Shown here: in pieces, positions 47,601 through 62,600 of the stretch
How positions within the stretch are numbered: position 1 is the first letter of the stretch
Layout of the letters: every line of letters starts with the position of its first letter
From: Balanoglossus misakiensis
Taxonomy: Eukaryota > Animalia > Hemichordata
Length of the DNA: 64,000 nt
Direction of reading: 5' to 3'
Assembly: GCA_040954595.2 (NCBI GenBank)
Contig: CM082587.2
Span: 837,622-901,621 of the forward strand
Notes under the pieces: generated by a model
Told to the model about the DNA's origin: nothing
The model's input: the letters and a program-made list of their open reading frames with translations, nothing else
Databases searched by the model: none
Made by a program: the position numbers and the translations under genes

Positions 47601-50600
47601 GGTAAATGCACCTACTTTATATGTTACACAGCTGTGAAGGACCATGACTGCTGTGGGGCTAAAATTGACAAGGCTGGTACGGGGCGTGTGAGAAGGGTTG
47701 TAACAGAAGTGAAGGAATAGAGCCATGGGGCAGATAATCCCTGGGGCCAGTGCCGTGGTGTGGGAATCCTGTGATAGACCTAAAAATAAAGCATCTGTAC
47801 CAGTACATTGCAGGTTTCCCACACTCTTGTTTAATACAGGGCTTTTAGAAATGGCCTGTTGCAGAGTGTGAGCTATATGAAAGTTGCAGGTTTTTTTTCT
47901 TTCTGTTGTACAAGGTTGCTGGTACAAACTGTTCAGTGGTTTTCCATGTAAAAAATAAAACACTGTGACCCCTGCACAAAGATGTACCGGTAGTTAGGTA
48001 AAGATAATAAAAGTAGACATTTATACAATAAGTATCATATTATTTCTGAAAGTAAAAATAAAATAAAGGAATGTGAGAAAACTGTATGTGTATCTACAAT
48101 ACTGAAATGATTTGCCTCTTAATTAAAATAAACTTTTAATGATTATTCTTTTCTGTCTGGTTGTGTTGCGATAAAAAGAAACAAAGGAATTGTGCATGTC
48201 CACATTTTCTGTTGAAAATTCCAGACCTGTCCAAATGTTTTTGTTTTGTTTTGACATATGAGTGTTGAGAGTTAATTATGTACATAAATGTCTTTGTTTT
48301 ATTATCCACCAATGATTATGTATTATACTTGAAATATTCAATACTATTGAGTGTACAGTTAAATATGTATTTCTACATACCTGGCTGTGACGTACTATTG
48401 TGATGTTTGAACATGTCTTCTTGGCCTGGTTGTGAATTCAATTGTTGATGTACAAAATGAATAGCTTTTATTGATATATCATTCACTAAACAAACATTAA
48501 AATTAAGACAAAGAAATATGATTATCTGATAAATGGTTGCTTAATACCATACATCTGTGTATAATGATTGCGATGATGATCTAATCCTGATGCGGTTATT
48601 TTGTGACACCATGATAATTTCCTCCAATTGTTTGCATTATTTCCTATAGATCTGTATCTTTTTTTTACTGGTAACTGCTGTTGATATATATTAAGTATTA
48701 TTAGAAAAATAAGAGTCGAGTTTAATGAAACTTTCCATCATGCACCAAGACGCCAGACGGAAGGTTCAATGACTTGCTTAAAACATGTGATAACTTTGTC
48801 GTCTGCAGCCAGCACAGCCCGATGGTTCCAATTCAACAAGATGGTTCTGGTTGAAGCACTTGTATTGTGAAGTGGGAGCTGTGTAGGTGTTTATTGATGG
48901 AGGAAGCCAGATGCCAGATTTCAATGACTTTTAAATTTGATGTCACACACACAGAGTTTATTGTGTCATTTTTCTCACAGAGATTGTAGTGACATCACCA
49001 TGGCAACACCAATTGCATGGGCCAGAGCCTGTGAGTTATATCCCATAATTCCACCGGCAAAACCCTGAACAGTCCAGTTGACTTCTTTCACCCTTTGCCT
49101 CCAGTTTATTCGAACAGCAAAACAACCACAAACTTAAAGACACTGAGAATATTTTGACGTGCATTTGTGAGTAAATAATGTTTTCATCTTGAATAGAGCA
49201 GGTGCCGAGAACTGACGGAACCGTGCAGCGCACACGTGTAATAGTCCAGACTTACATACAACCCCCTCCAATGCATGCATGCATTCCTGCCAGTTTGCTA
49301 TGTGATTGTACATGCCATTGTTTGTACTTTCAATAGACTTGTATTCTTGCAAATGTAATGGACAGTATTTGAATACTAGACACATGACCCCCCTCCCCAA
49401 TCGTTTTTTTGGTTTGTTGTAGTCTTTAACCATCGCTGCTGTTGCCTCGTCAATATCGTGGATTTTTAAGTGGTATATCTATGTGTTTTTCTCTCCTATC
49501 CTTTGTAATCCACTTGGAATAAATTTTTGGCCCAGCGAGCGGTCGGTGTCGGGTTCCCATAAGGAGAAGACAACCGGTCTTTCACACTGTACCCTCTGGG
49601 TAGAATTTTATTATGGTTGCACCCAAGTCAAGGTCTCTAGTCATAGCGCTGGTTCTAGGAATGATGGTTCTGGCTTCAATTTTGAAAGTATGCAGACAGG
49701 GCGCTTGTACGTTTGCTAATGGTTTGCTGAAACCATCTTGCCACTAGAATCTGCCAGACTTAGGTATTAAACTCTATGTTGTTGTTGAAACACACTCTTA
49801 GGTCAATGAACTGCTAGATACATTGTACTAAACCATAAGAACACAGTGTGTGTGATTGTGTGCATGTGTGTGTGTGTACATGTGTGTGTGTGTATAGATC
49901 TGCAAGCATTGATACAGCATATACATCTATGCATTGCAATTACTCATGCGTATGATTAATACAAGGCACCGTCTGACTTGTTATTAAAAACTTAATAATG
50001 AATATGACCTAGAGTACACCAGTTAATGATATATGGTTACCAGTCCATACTGCCTTGCTTCTGCAGATCTCCAGTAGTTCCACACATTTGATTTTTTTGT
50101 GTTGAGTATTGTGAGCGCTTCAGCTGATGGCACCATGAAACCCCAATATGTTCAGGGCAAGGTTTGAAAGGCTAAGGGGAAAATGTAAGAGTCGGTGACA
50201 ATGATCATGAAAGAATTCAGTTCCCGCCAAAACATCACCATGCAAGGACACATCACAGACTTAATAATAACCCTGTCTGGGTTTTCTGTTTGAGAACTCC
50301 CTACTGTCTTTTTCAGGTGAGTTTGGCCTTCACTAGCATTCCAGTGTGTATATGAAATAGAAAGTTATTCAAAGCAGAGACTCCTACAGTCTCTCATCCC
50401 ACGGTGCTCATATCCAAGTGGGCTTGTCCTCTCAAGGTTATTCTTTTGTTTCCAGTTCTGTTAAAATCCCGATTTTAGATTCAAATTACCTGTGTGTATA
50501 TGTGTGTGTGTCTCACTTGCTGAAAAGGTGTACTGGGTCATGAAGTCTTTAGGCGTTTTTGTCTTTTGATGTTAGACCGTGGGGATGCTGCCGGGCGTGT

Positions 50601-53600
50601 GGACAGCCATTGCATAATTTCCCTAGCAACAGAGGTTGTTGTCGAGGTGTCTTGGTGAGTGGCATACCACTGGCTGTTTGTAAAGGCGGGCGATGAAAGC
50701 CGACTTCACTCCATGCTGAAATGTTGTGATCAACAGTGAACATGTAAGAAATTGAAGAGTTCTTCTGAAAAAGCCACTCATCAACAACATTTTATTGTTG
50801 CCTATTTCTGGGATACATTAATCTGTCATTTGATGAATAAATGTTTGTATTATGATGTTATTTATGGAACATGTTGAATCATATGGTTTGTATTAGCAGT
50901 CCCTGAGGTTCTAGCTTAGGCCCGGCATTGTCATTTTCAAATTGGTGCCAAGTGTTTATCACAGGCAATGACCCTTCACTGAATTGCATTTGATCTCTGA
51001 CTATAAACATTATCTATTGGATTTCACTTTAAGCTCGATACAGCTTTCCTGGTCTAGAATTTCTCTCTTACTGCTTCTGTACACCTAGTTTTTAAACTTC
51101 AAGTATCAGAAAGCTCAACGAGAGGGTCTTATCTGACTGTCAGTGTTAAATATGCGGGAGGATCACTTCAAGTCAACTTCAGTTTATTTCCAAGTGTAGT
51201 TTAGAATCTATCCTTTTCTTGATCTTGCCAAAACGAGCCAATAAAAGGAAGGATAGATTCTGTTCAAGTACCAGTCCACGCTCTTCATATTTGGCGTGTC
51301 TCCAAAAAGCCATAAAGGAAACACTGCATCTGATGGGTCAATAGTTGACTCTGACACACTTGAGTACAGATGTATATGTCTATATTTATCAGGGTACACA
51401 AATGAGTTGTTCTTTAGACCCACGAGATTTTGGCTGAAGTGTCTGACCCGCACCCATGCGTGCTTCATCTGTCTTCAAAACGTGTACATGTGTAAAGGGT
51501 ACAAAGTGTGTGTTTATCAATGTTTGTCTGTTTGTTTGTGTACATGTCCCTTGTAGTTGCAAGGTGCTGATAATGGTTGATTGGGTGTTTGGCTGTATGT
51601 GTCTATGTATATGTAGCATATCTGCCATATAAACGCACAAAATATCATTTGACATGAGTGCAGTTTCACCATCCACTGATGTCATACTGAAATTTAATAA
51701 CACCAGTCTTGAATAGTTAATGATGACATCTAGTTCTTCCTGTGATGCATGATTGTGGCTTGTTTGCTGTAATCCGACCATTTGTGCAATCGTAATTCTT
51801 TCCAGTTCTGCCCCAGATGAATTATCAATTTATTATTATTGAAAAACGATATTCAGTTTTACGGCACATCTCGTTTGTCAGTGATATGACTGACTTACTG
51901 GGTGATGATAGTCAAATGTCGAACGTGATCAACCTCTACTTGTATTTCATAGATTACATATTTGTCAACCTTAGTGGCACCACACAGACATCTCCAAACA
52001 TTACAATCAAAATCTTGTTACTAGCTCCACCAGAAGATGTCTGCCAGGCTAACACTCTGATAACAAGTTTATATTTAAAGCAACAAAAGTATAAAATCCA
52101 CACAAAGTTGCAGACTTCTGTCTGAATTTTAGTAAACTTAATCAGTTTTAAAGTACTTCTGCAACATGATTTTACTTTGTGTATATCTAAACACTTTGAA
52201 GGGTTACGTATAAGCGACTGTATTGACAGTATTTTTGAAGGCAAAGGTTCATGCACGATCTAGTTTTGTTGTGGTGTTACCAGAGTGCTGTCAAGCTGAC
52301 GAAGAACTGTATGGAAGGGTTGCCTCTCCCATCCTTTTATCACAAACACCATGTACTGTTGTGCTCAGACAATAACCTTGAAACAATTGCTGTTCTCTGT
52401 CCATTGAGAAAGCTCACAATTTCCAAATAAATCACCCCATAAAGAATAAGTCGGGTCTTTAAAATCATTGAATCTGTCCACTGGGCTGTTGAGATTGCCC
52501 TAGGCTAGACGTTGTTTTCTCACTGTGGCCCCCTGATAGCCTGCATCTATGAAATACGAGGGCTCCCTTCAAGACATGTGACATCATGGCACTAACATAA
52601 AGCATGGATTGTTTGTTTGTAGACTGGGTGCACAGAATACAAGCACAGAACCTGCAGTCCACACAATGTAGAAGATAAAATCTTGACAAATGGCCGTATA
52701 CTGGAAATGATATCAATATCTGTTTTATTTTATGCATGAGATATTCCTGACTCCTGGATAAGGGAGAAGCAACACGAAATAAAATCCCTTGCACTGTAAG
52801 GACACGACATTGAGGCCAAATATGTCCTGCTCTCAAACTAACCAATTCTTCCTGTAAGTCCTTATACCCTTACAGATAATATGGATAATTTTCTTGCATC
52901 AACTTTGAATTTGTTGAGTCAGTGGCATACACACTGACCAGTACTCTTGCCATTGGACCATGCATGGTGCAGGATTTTTTTTTTCAACACACACCTCCAT
53001 CCAGGCAAGTAATTGTGTCATGCCTAGTGATACTATGTCTGGCTTGTATCATAGGATAATGTGATATCATAAATCATTGTCCTAATGGAAAAAGAATTAT
53101 GTCCATTGTGACCAGAGAACATTAAGATGACCCAGTTTGAAGTCTTAATAAATAACTTGTTCAGTGCAAAATGAATATTTGCTTCTTATGTAATTGGTGA
53201 TGTACTCTCTTACAAACTATGACTGTTCTGCAAATGAATGCCATAGCTACATTTCTGTATGTAGAAAACTTTCAGTTGTATTGAGTGTACGTTATGAGTC
53301 CTGCACTCAGTCACTTCTGATCATTATGGTTTGTCCTGGTTTGTTTTTTATTACGGTCACTTTGTTTTGCTTGAGTGACCATTGAATGTGAACTCTGACC
53401 TTAGTCCAGGGTGATCTCCAGTCCCTGAACACTTCCATATTTGGGTCATCTCCCATAAGTTTGTTTTTCTTTGAAGAATCTAAATCAAATGAAATAAGTA
53501 GTCTTATTTCTATTATATAAATTATGTTTCTGTGCCACTATAGTTTATTATATGCTTGATGAATTGGGTTTATTTTGGGAGTTTTATTGAATCTGGCTAA

Positions 53601-56600
53601 TACAAAGGCCTAAATACAAATCTACCCCAACAAAGACAATATCCATATACGATAAGCTTTGTCAACAAGTCTGAGTACCAGTTATAAGAAAGTAGTGGGT
53701 ATCCTGAAAGATATAATAATCATGTTTATACAGAACTTCATATAGTTCCTTTGTTTCTAGAAAGGCTGATTGAATCGCTCGGTATGGATTTAAAGAAAGA
53801 AAGATGAGATGTCAACGTGTTGCTTTTTTTGTACTGCCTACGGCGTTTGGCAGCATAGCCTCAGCATTCATCAACTCAAACAGGTGCTGCCAGTGAGAGA
53901 GGGCCCTTTTTTGTGCAAAAATGTGTTTGAAACAATTTTGTAGTGGGTGTGTACAATGAATTACGGCACAGCTGGGACGGCAATTCAGATGGCCGGCCCA
54001 CACCACCAAGAAGGTCACCACCTTTGCAAGACAAACTTTTCCAAATCCTCATGATTATATACAAACGCGAGATTTTTAAGCTTTGCAACCATACTGTGGA
54101 CTTACATCATGCTTTTCTCGGTGGAACAGTGATAACTGCTTGTAAGATTTGTTTTCTGGGCGATCAAGACAGGAGGGTGGGAAAAAAGGGGGGAATGAGA
54201 TGATTTGTCATGCCCATGGGTTGTAAAAGAATTATGAGCTCTATCAGGACAAATAGTCATGAGCAGGTTGATTGTATGAGGCACAACACAGCTTAGTGCA
54301 GGAACCTGCTTCCTGATATCTATCAGTATCACATCTCCATTGACATCATCAACCAAATGTGGACAGTTGTAGGATTTTACATACAGGACTTGAATGAAAT
54401 TCTAGTTTCACATCAGAGGAAAAGTCCATTCATACAAATGTGTTCACACAAAAATTGTTAAGAGTCTTCAAGACAGTTGACTGGTGCAGTGCTTTGTTTT
54501 GTTTTGTTTTTCACATTTTCTGTTGTGTAGCAACAACCGTAGCAGCTGAAACACAAGTAGTTTTGAAGACGTTTGTGCTAAAAACTATCAAAGAAATCTT
54601 TGATATGAAAACTCCAGAAATAACGCCTGGGCCTTTCAAATCCAAGAATACCAGTGGCAGCTGGCACTGGTGAAGTAATTCCTTTCTTGACCTATTGACC
54701 TTTCACCCCTGAGGTCAAAGGATAGTGCTAAACATGGCTTTTGATACAGAAAACCGTCTGGTGTTGGGCTTGAAGAGAATTCTGCAGCCTCAAATTTCAA
54801 CGCTTTTAGTTGGTTGTTATTAGATTTAACAAGCTTGGTTCAGAGAAGCCTGTGTGACAGATGACCGCACAATATGGTGCCTGACAGGTGCTAGGGGGAT
54901 AGCCAATGCTCATATATTCAATGAACTGTGTCCAGACCCTGGCTGCACAGCTTAAAATTTCCCACGTTCTGTATACATAGGGATTTAAGCATGTGACTTG
55001 GTCTAGTCATCTGTATATGTGTACTGGTCAAACAAGCATGCCTGCAACTGATCAAATAAATCTGCCTTGCTAGCAAATTAGCCAGTCAATACCCAAAAAG
55101 AAACTGTAGGTTTTTGGTAAGCCCGCCATCGTAAATCTCTCCAGCTTGCATGTCTCTTTAAACCGACCCCATGTAACCTTAGGCATGAATATGGTCAGGT
55201 TGCTTACTATTGGTTCAGAGTTGGCAACTCTTTGAATATGGTAATTTGAGTTTGGTCTGCAGCGGATACATATCATGTGTAGCTCTGGAGTCACTGTGAA
55301 CTAGATAAAAACTTGTTCAAGATTGTATAATATAATTCCTTCTTCTGTTGGTTGTTTACAGACCTTCACACCTTTTCATTCCTCTCAACTCAACTAATGT
55401 TGCAGCCCCCAATACAATGTATATCGCAGACAAGTGCCCTAGTTACAAGTTCAGCGTACAGTGGACAGCCAAAGGGCAAAGGAGTAAGGACCAAAGATTC
55501 ATTTGTGCCCAGCAAGTCATTCACTTTAGGTAGCCATATCGCAGATTGGAATTAAAAAAACTTAACAGTCGGTGGTTAATGTTTCAGCAATAAGAAAATC
55601 ACAGAAAAATAAGCATGTTAATCTGGATGATACCATGAAAAAAAAGTTAATTTATAATAAAAAAAGATAATAACTACAGCTTATCTGTGTGTGTGGCTGG
55701 TGCCCTGCGATGAAACCAACTGATAAGCTGCCCACCCAATGAGAGATACTAGTATGATAGGGTCTGTCTCAAGATAAATATATTCCGTGATATTATCGCT
55801 AATGCGGAAACATTGCAAAAGGGTTGAAAATCATAGAAAATGACTTAATAAACAGTGGTCTATTTATCTTAAATGTTCATATCCAAGTATATTACCTGTT
55901 GTAGTAATATTTGTGAAGATATGAGCTATCATGTCAGTGATATCACATTTCATATTTTTTGCAAAGAGTGCCATAGCTTACAGAATGTATTTAACAGCTG
56001 TTGTCATGAATTAGAAAGACTGATTGTCTTGTTGGAGCCATCCTTGTGTCTGGACAGGCCACCCAGGAGTATACACGATGGCTTCTGTGTCATTTGGAGA
56101 ACTCTAGTCTGGATAATTCATAACTACTGTCACCCAAGTCTGCATACGTTTTGCTTTTTGCACATTTAGATTTGATCAACTCTACTCAACGATTTTGCTG
56201 CAAAATGCATTCCCAGAACTCCACAGAGTATGTCAAAATAGTTCCCCCTTCCTTGGTTCTTTAATGTCTGTAATTATTTAGAAACAAATAGTCAAGTAAC
56301 CCTCTATTCATCAAAGTGCTCATTAAACCTATCCCAAGGCAAGGTAAGATCAAAACAGGGCATGTTTAAGGTCGTTCTTCTTGGCTGATGTTTGGAAACT
56401 AGATTCTCCAAAGTTACCTCCCACATTGTTCATACCCTCTGGTTGATTGAGTTGAATTGCATTGCATTGTGGCACAGAATCAAGACCGATTGATTTCATT
56501 CCATCAACTTCAGTTGACCAATCAGCACCAATGTCTTACAAATCGTGCTACTACCCTGTACCCATCAATTGTTCAGGTCTATCTCAATCACAGTTTTGCA

Positions 56601-59600
56601 CCCAAAGACTCTTTCTCTGCCCCTCAAAAATGAAGTAGGCCAGTCCCCACCATAAGCTCAGCAACTATCACCCTGAGGGTCTCTCCCTTCCAATTAATAG
56701 ATTAGGCCAAAGGCTAACCATCTTGCAATCCCCCACCCATTACAGATTTTGGCCTTCTTGCAATCCAATCCTTGCAATCTCCTCCCATTAATGGATTTGG
56801 CCAATCACAATCTCCAGCCTATCACCTTTCAACCCCTCCTTCCCCATTAATGGTATTGGCCAATCACAATAAACATCATCATCATTATTGCTGGGTGTTT
56901 ATGAGAAGTAATTAGAAAGCTATGATGACAGGAAGTGTATATCATCCAAAGTGACCCTCACCCATGAATCACTCAATAATGCTCTTAAATTAAATCTTGG
57001 ATTTTCAGTGGTGGTATAGAATTGACAAAACACTTCATCATGCACTGACACCACTGTAGGAAAATGCATGTTTCATCTGAAAACATCAGATTTGTTGGAT
57101 TTCTGGAACTTGGTGATTTACTGGTATGCTGTGGTTATCAAACGGATGGTGGGGCATATGGCATTCTATGAATGTCATAAGTTATTTCAAATATAAAATT
57201 GTGCAGGAGGGGGGTACCCCAATTCAGTGGGGCATCCCTCATGAAAGTGCCTATAGTCAATTACTGGTAAATGAGTATTCCGGGGTTTCAACAGGGAACC
57301 AGTTATACAACGAACAAGATTTATATTAAAGTTAATTTGGTGTTTTATCTGGCTATTTCAACAGCTGTTAAAACACTCCATGGTATGTGATCTAAACCTT
57401 GAGTGTAAATAACATTAAACACATTTAGTGTTATCAGATACGTTAGTCACCAAGTCATTAGGGAGAACAACATGGAAAGTTAGTAGTGTTCACAAACACT
57501 CTAAAGACCTGGTCTCGGCTAAAAATCTTGGGGTGTGAACATCAGTCACAGAACTTTTAATCTTTCCTAGTTAGATTGGAAAGAAGTAAAAGGCTAATTC
57601 AGTTCGCAGTACTTCCCCGTCTTGACTGTCGATTTGCATGGTGACTGATTCTCTTGTGCTCGACACCTTGGTTCACCTGATGCCGATTTAGAGTTTGCCA
57701 AGTCAGAAATTCAATAGCAGTGGCGTGCCAGACACAAGGGACAATAACCTGACATGTTCAGATGAGAACATGTGAACTCTGAGTGCACAGTAAAGGCTTT
57801 GAAGTTCTGTGGGGTTTACTGTTGCAGGTCTGTGAATTAACTGCCATGGCTAAGTCAGTGTAAAGAGACAATTACAGCCAGGTCTGTGAAAAGATTATTG
57901 CCTTTACAATTACAGTTTGAATGATGATACTCAGCACCATTTGTTTCTCCAAAAGTTTCAATCGCAGTGTTTGACAGAACGTAAAGGTGTGATACCTTCA
58001 AACAATTAACCCAAGTTGGCGATTTATTGACCGAGGAAAGATTTGTTACTAAATGCATGATTTGCGTTCATTGGTGTGTGGAGATCAGTGCTGACTGTTG
58101 CCATGCCAGGAATAATTCCCTTACTGAAAAATCCATGCTTGATAATTATTGCATGTAAAGTGTTTGCATGGTCAAACATTTTTCAAGTGACCCAACGTGT
58201 CACCATTGTCGGTTGGCAAAGCGATTGAAGGGAATCTGCCCCCACATACCTGAGTATTCAAACCACATCATATCTGATTTATAATCTCCCTCCTCCTACC
58301 AACATTCCATGGCTCAGAAAGTCTCACTGTCGCTAGTAATCTTTGACCTCTCTGTACACGTCTAGCGTTCATTCTTTAAAAAAACCTCCAATGAAATTGT
58401 GATGAAGTTTATCTGAGTACTGTTTGAATATTTTCTTTGTCTTTATCATTTCACAGTTTTTGTCCCTTGTTCTGTAAATAATTCTTAACTTTTCTCAAGT
58501 ACGTAAGACTATACTTTCTTTGAGAAGTAATCAGGCAGAAAACTGGTATAATGATGACACTCTTGGCTGCGTGTTTTGCAAAGCTTCTGTTTGTTTAGAA
58601 AGCCCTGGGGCTTGGGGATGACTGCTCTTCCATAGCTTTCCATAGTTGACTGCGCTTTCCCAATGGAATGATAACTCATCCTCCATGCAGAGGCTAAGTC
58701 TTGGACAACAAAGATGTCTAGGAATTAGTCTCTTTCCTCAGCCATGATGTGATGGAGTCTGTGCGTGCTGATCACAGGCTTTCACCGCTCTCGGAAAACC
58801 ACTGGAGAAACTCTTGGAAAATCCAGGAATTTTAAACCACTCCAAAAAGTCCTAAAAAATAAACTCTCTACCGGAAAGCCCTAACTAACTGATGCGGCTA
58901 CCCAAAGCCGAAACTAACTGTTGATTAAACCATGAAAAACGACAAAAATTGTATTACGCAGTCACATCTTGAAGATACCCTTTTGAGGGTAAATATTGTT
59001 GAAAAACCATGGAGGCACTCCACCACAGTACTGGAATCGTGTTGTGGGTTTTAAGCATGTGAACCCACAATGATTTCTGCTTGGTTGAATTGATTTGTCT
59101 GTAGTGTCACTTTGTGTACATGTTGTTGAATTGTAATAGGCCACTGCAGATGTTACAACATGTGTACACCATAGGCAACATCTTATGACCCCATCACACC
59201 CACCCATTGATAACATAGCACGCCGCAGTCACGACAGTTGAATACAATAAGACTTAGACCATGGTCACTGCACCAAAGCTCAACCAGGAGATGATTTTCT
59301 GCACATTGCGAGACTCAACTCTCGCTGTATATTTCTCTTATCACTATGGTAGCATACCTAGTTAACTTTGTTGTCAACATACAATGAAAACTTTGGGAAC
59401 TAATTCTATTGCTGTAGGAATGCCCATCTCTGACCAACACCAGCTGTCGATAATGCTGGATAATCAGGATTTAGGCACCAGACTTCCATCCTGTGTTGAG
59501 TGGTCCCGACAAGGAGCAGTCCTTGCAAGCAGTCCAGGTTAACCCCTTCGGGATCTGTATTACCATTCATTAATTGGCATGGTGTAAACTTATATCAAGA

Positions 59601-62600
59601 CTTGATTTCAAGTTGATTAAAAATTTGATGGATTACATAACGTGGTTAGCCTTTCCGAGGTCACAGAATTAACATGGTCCATCTGCTGTAATCTGCAACC
59701 ATAGAATTTAACACAGAAAAACCTCAAGCATACCTTGAGTATTGTATTTTGTGTATTTTAGGATCACTACTAAGGTTTCACTGACTTGACGCCATTGCAT
59801 AATCACTTCTACTAGATGGAAAATGGCAAGTTTGGCCTCAAGTTTTCCTGGACAATGAGTGGAGGAAGTCCTGAAAAAGTCCTGGGATTTTAAGTGACTC
59901 TGAGTGTACAAGAAAATAACAGACAGTTTAAACTGAGCCATCAACATTTTGTATAGAGCTTAATTGTGTTTGCCTACAGATATCCCATTTTGTGCAGAAA
60001 TGAGGACAACCCTTTTACACAGACATGGTAGCTACTATGGTACATTTTTTCGCTAGACATGACAACTTTTACAAGAGGAAACCAAGCACCCTTACAATTT
60101 ACAGACAAACAACTAATACCTCCACTCCAGTACAGGCATATCGATGTGTACACCATCTCATAACAGAAATAAAATACACTACAGTCTGTATCATGTTACA
60201 AGCTAACCAATCTATCTTTAGTCATTTTCATGTCAATGGCAGTGTAAATCATCAAGATGTTTTTTCTGGACTGCTTTCAAGAAGTCAAGAAGAAAATTCC
60301 TCCTGTGTTTTTAACATGCAGGGATTGTATGCTAAGCTTGCAGTCTCCCAACCTGATGCTGTGATTGGCTTGATTAAGTGTGTTTACTTGTATTTTGAAG
60401 TGTGTGTTCCCTGTGCATTTTGCATCTTACATGTAGGCGTCCATCTGAAGGATCCAACATAGAATGGGTACTAGAAAACCAATTCAAGTCAGAAAGAGGC
60501 CAATTGATTCACTATGAATACGGGGTAACACAGACTTGTCCACACCAATCCTTGCATACCAGATTGTTAAAAAATTACTGACTTCAACTGAACAATTCAA
60601 CGATGTAATAAAATGTTCTTCATTAGTTACAGATTTTTGCCAGTTTGGAAATCTTGCATTGCTTAGTATGTCATCAAAGTTACAACACTTGCCACAACAC
60701 GCAGTCTGGGACCTACAGCAGTGGCAAGTGTGTGTGCTAGTTGAGTGTCAATCTATGCTGTAAAGCAAGGAAAGGCCTAAGCCACTGTTGGCTGTGTGTG
60801 TAAAAGCCATAAGAAGGTGGTAGTAGTCTTAAATTACTTCAGCAGATGTCTGGATGCCTGCCAAGCACTGGGAATGCCACAAGACCACTGGTAACCTAAT
60901 GAAGGCATCCTTGTGTCATTCCCAGGGATGCTGTTGCCAAGACAACAGGCATATCGTCACTGCCTCCAGATGTTAAAACATTAAACCTTCAAAGCATGAG
61001 TTATGAGAGACTGGAACCGAGTAGCCAACGAACATATCTAGTGGCAGCCTGGGCTGGTTTCTGGGGGTATTGTCCCAAACTACCTGCAGATTTACCAGTG
61101 TACGAAATAAAGCCTGTCCGACAGTCCGAGACTGGTTGTTTTTCTGTAGGACTGGTAAAAATAAAATGTCACCAGTCCGACAGACAGGTTGAATTTAGTG
61201 TGGGAGTAACCAGTGGTATCAGGGCATCTTTAAGACTTTCCCCAGTTCATGTATTGCAAATAAAAGAAACAATGATGTAAAAGCTTGAAAATTATCAAAT
61301 CAAACTGAAGTAATGTAAAGAGAAAGACAATTCCATCCCATCTTCAATTGTTCACAGATAAGGTAATAGCTTCTCAGTTGTATTTGATTACATTTAATTG
61401 TAAGGCATAATATCAGGACTGGTAAGTTTTTGGCAGGACTGGCAACTTTTTGAAGTTGCCAGTCCTGGTGACTGGTTGATATTTCCTGTGAATTTCGAAC
61501 ACTGGATTTACTTGCACTGATACACTTGTGGCCTTAGAGTGCACGTGCTCAAGGCTTCAAGTTCATTCCCACATCACCCCATCCCTGTCTTTGTTACTTC
61601 ATCAAGATCTACTTCAGCATCCCATGTGCAGGGAGTGCAGTCATGGAATACTTGGTTGTTTTTTTCTCAAGCTTTTGGGGGTATTAGGCAGGTGTTCAGC
61701 TCTGAACTCAGTGTCAGAGGGGACATTCCAATCCCAATAGCTCCAGAATTTCATTAATAATAGCATAAATAGTAAATACCACAAACTGATACAAAATATT
61801 TCATTGATTTTTAGCTGACTACAGTAACAGCTGCTTGTAACCTGGGGTGTATGCTATATGCACTGCAACCCATCACGTTGATTGGCTGTTTTGACGGAAT
61901 AGACAGACGTGCATTTGTCGTCCAGGTGATATACCGCTGCTGCCATGGTGATTTCTACCATGGGGTAACTCAATTGTAGTGTGCACCGAACATCAACATT
62001 TGGATAACATATTTGTCTTGCTGTGACGAACAGCAGGCATGGTTGCCATTAGAAGTCGAAAATTAAATTGATTTGAATATTCAGTCCAGGCTCTCGTCAC
62101 TTGGTAGGTTATACCGCATGCAAGGATTGGCTATCATGACTATGTCAAACGCTAAGTTAAATCCCAGCTCCATTTTCTCTCCCGCACATCTTTTTAAACA
62201 AAGGCCAGTGATGGCATGTGATGAATGTTATAGTTAAGCAATGATGCATCCTGCAAAGTATTGAGATCAAACACCACCCATGAACAAATTAAATCATGGT
62301 GGTTACAAGTAACTGTGATGAGACTAAGTTTCCCGACAAAAGTTTACAGGGATGATCCACCTATCTCTTTGCTAACAAGCAGAGTACAAGAAACCTGTGA
62401 GATCAGAAGTCACAGTTGAACTGTTCTAATAATTATTCTGCATACAGACTTTGAATGTTTGGACCATGATGTCACTGATAGACTTTTTAAAGGAAAACAT
62501 AAAAACAAGTAACAGAAGTCGATGACATGTCACTTCAGAAGACATAAACCTAAAGTAGTCAGTAAAACGGTGCTGTACATCTGAACATGTTCTTTTAAAA

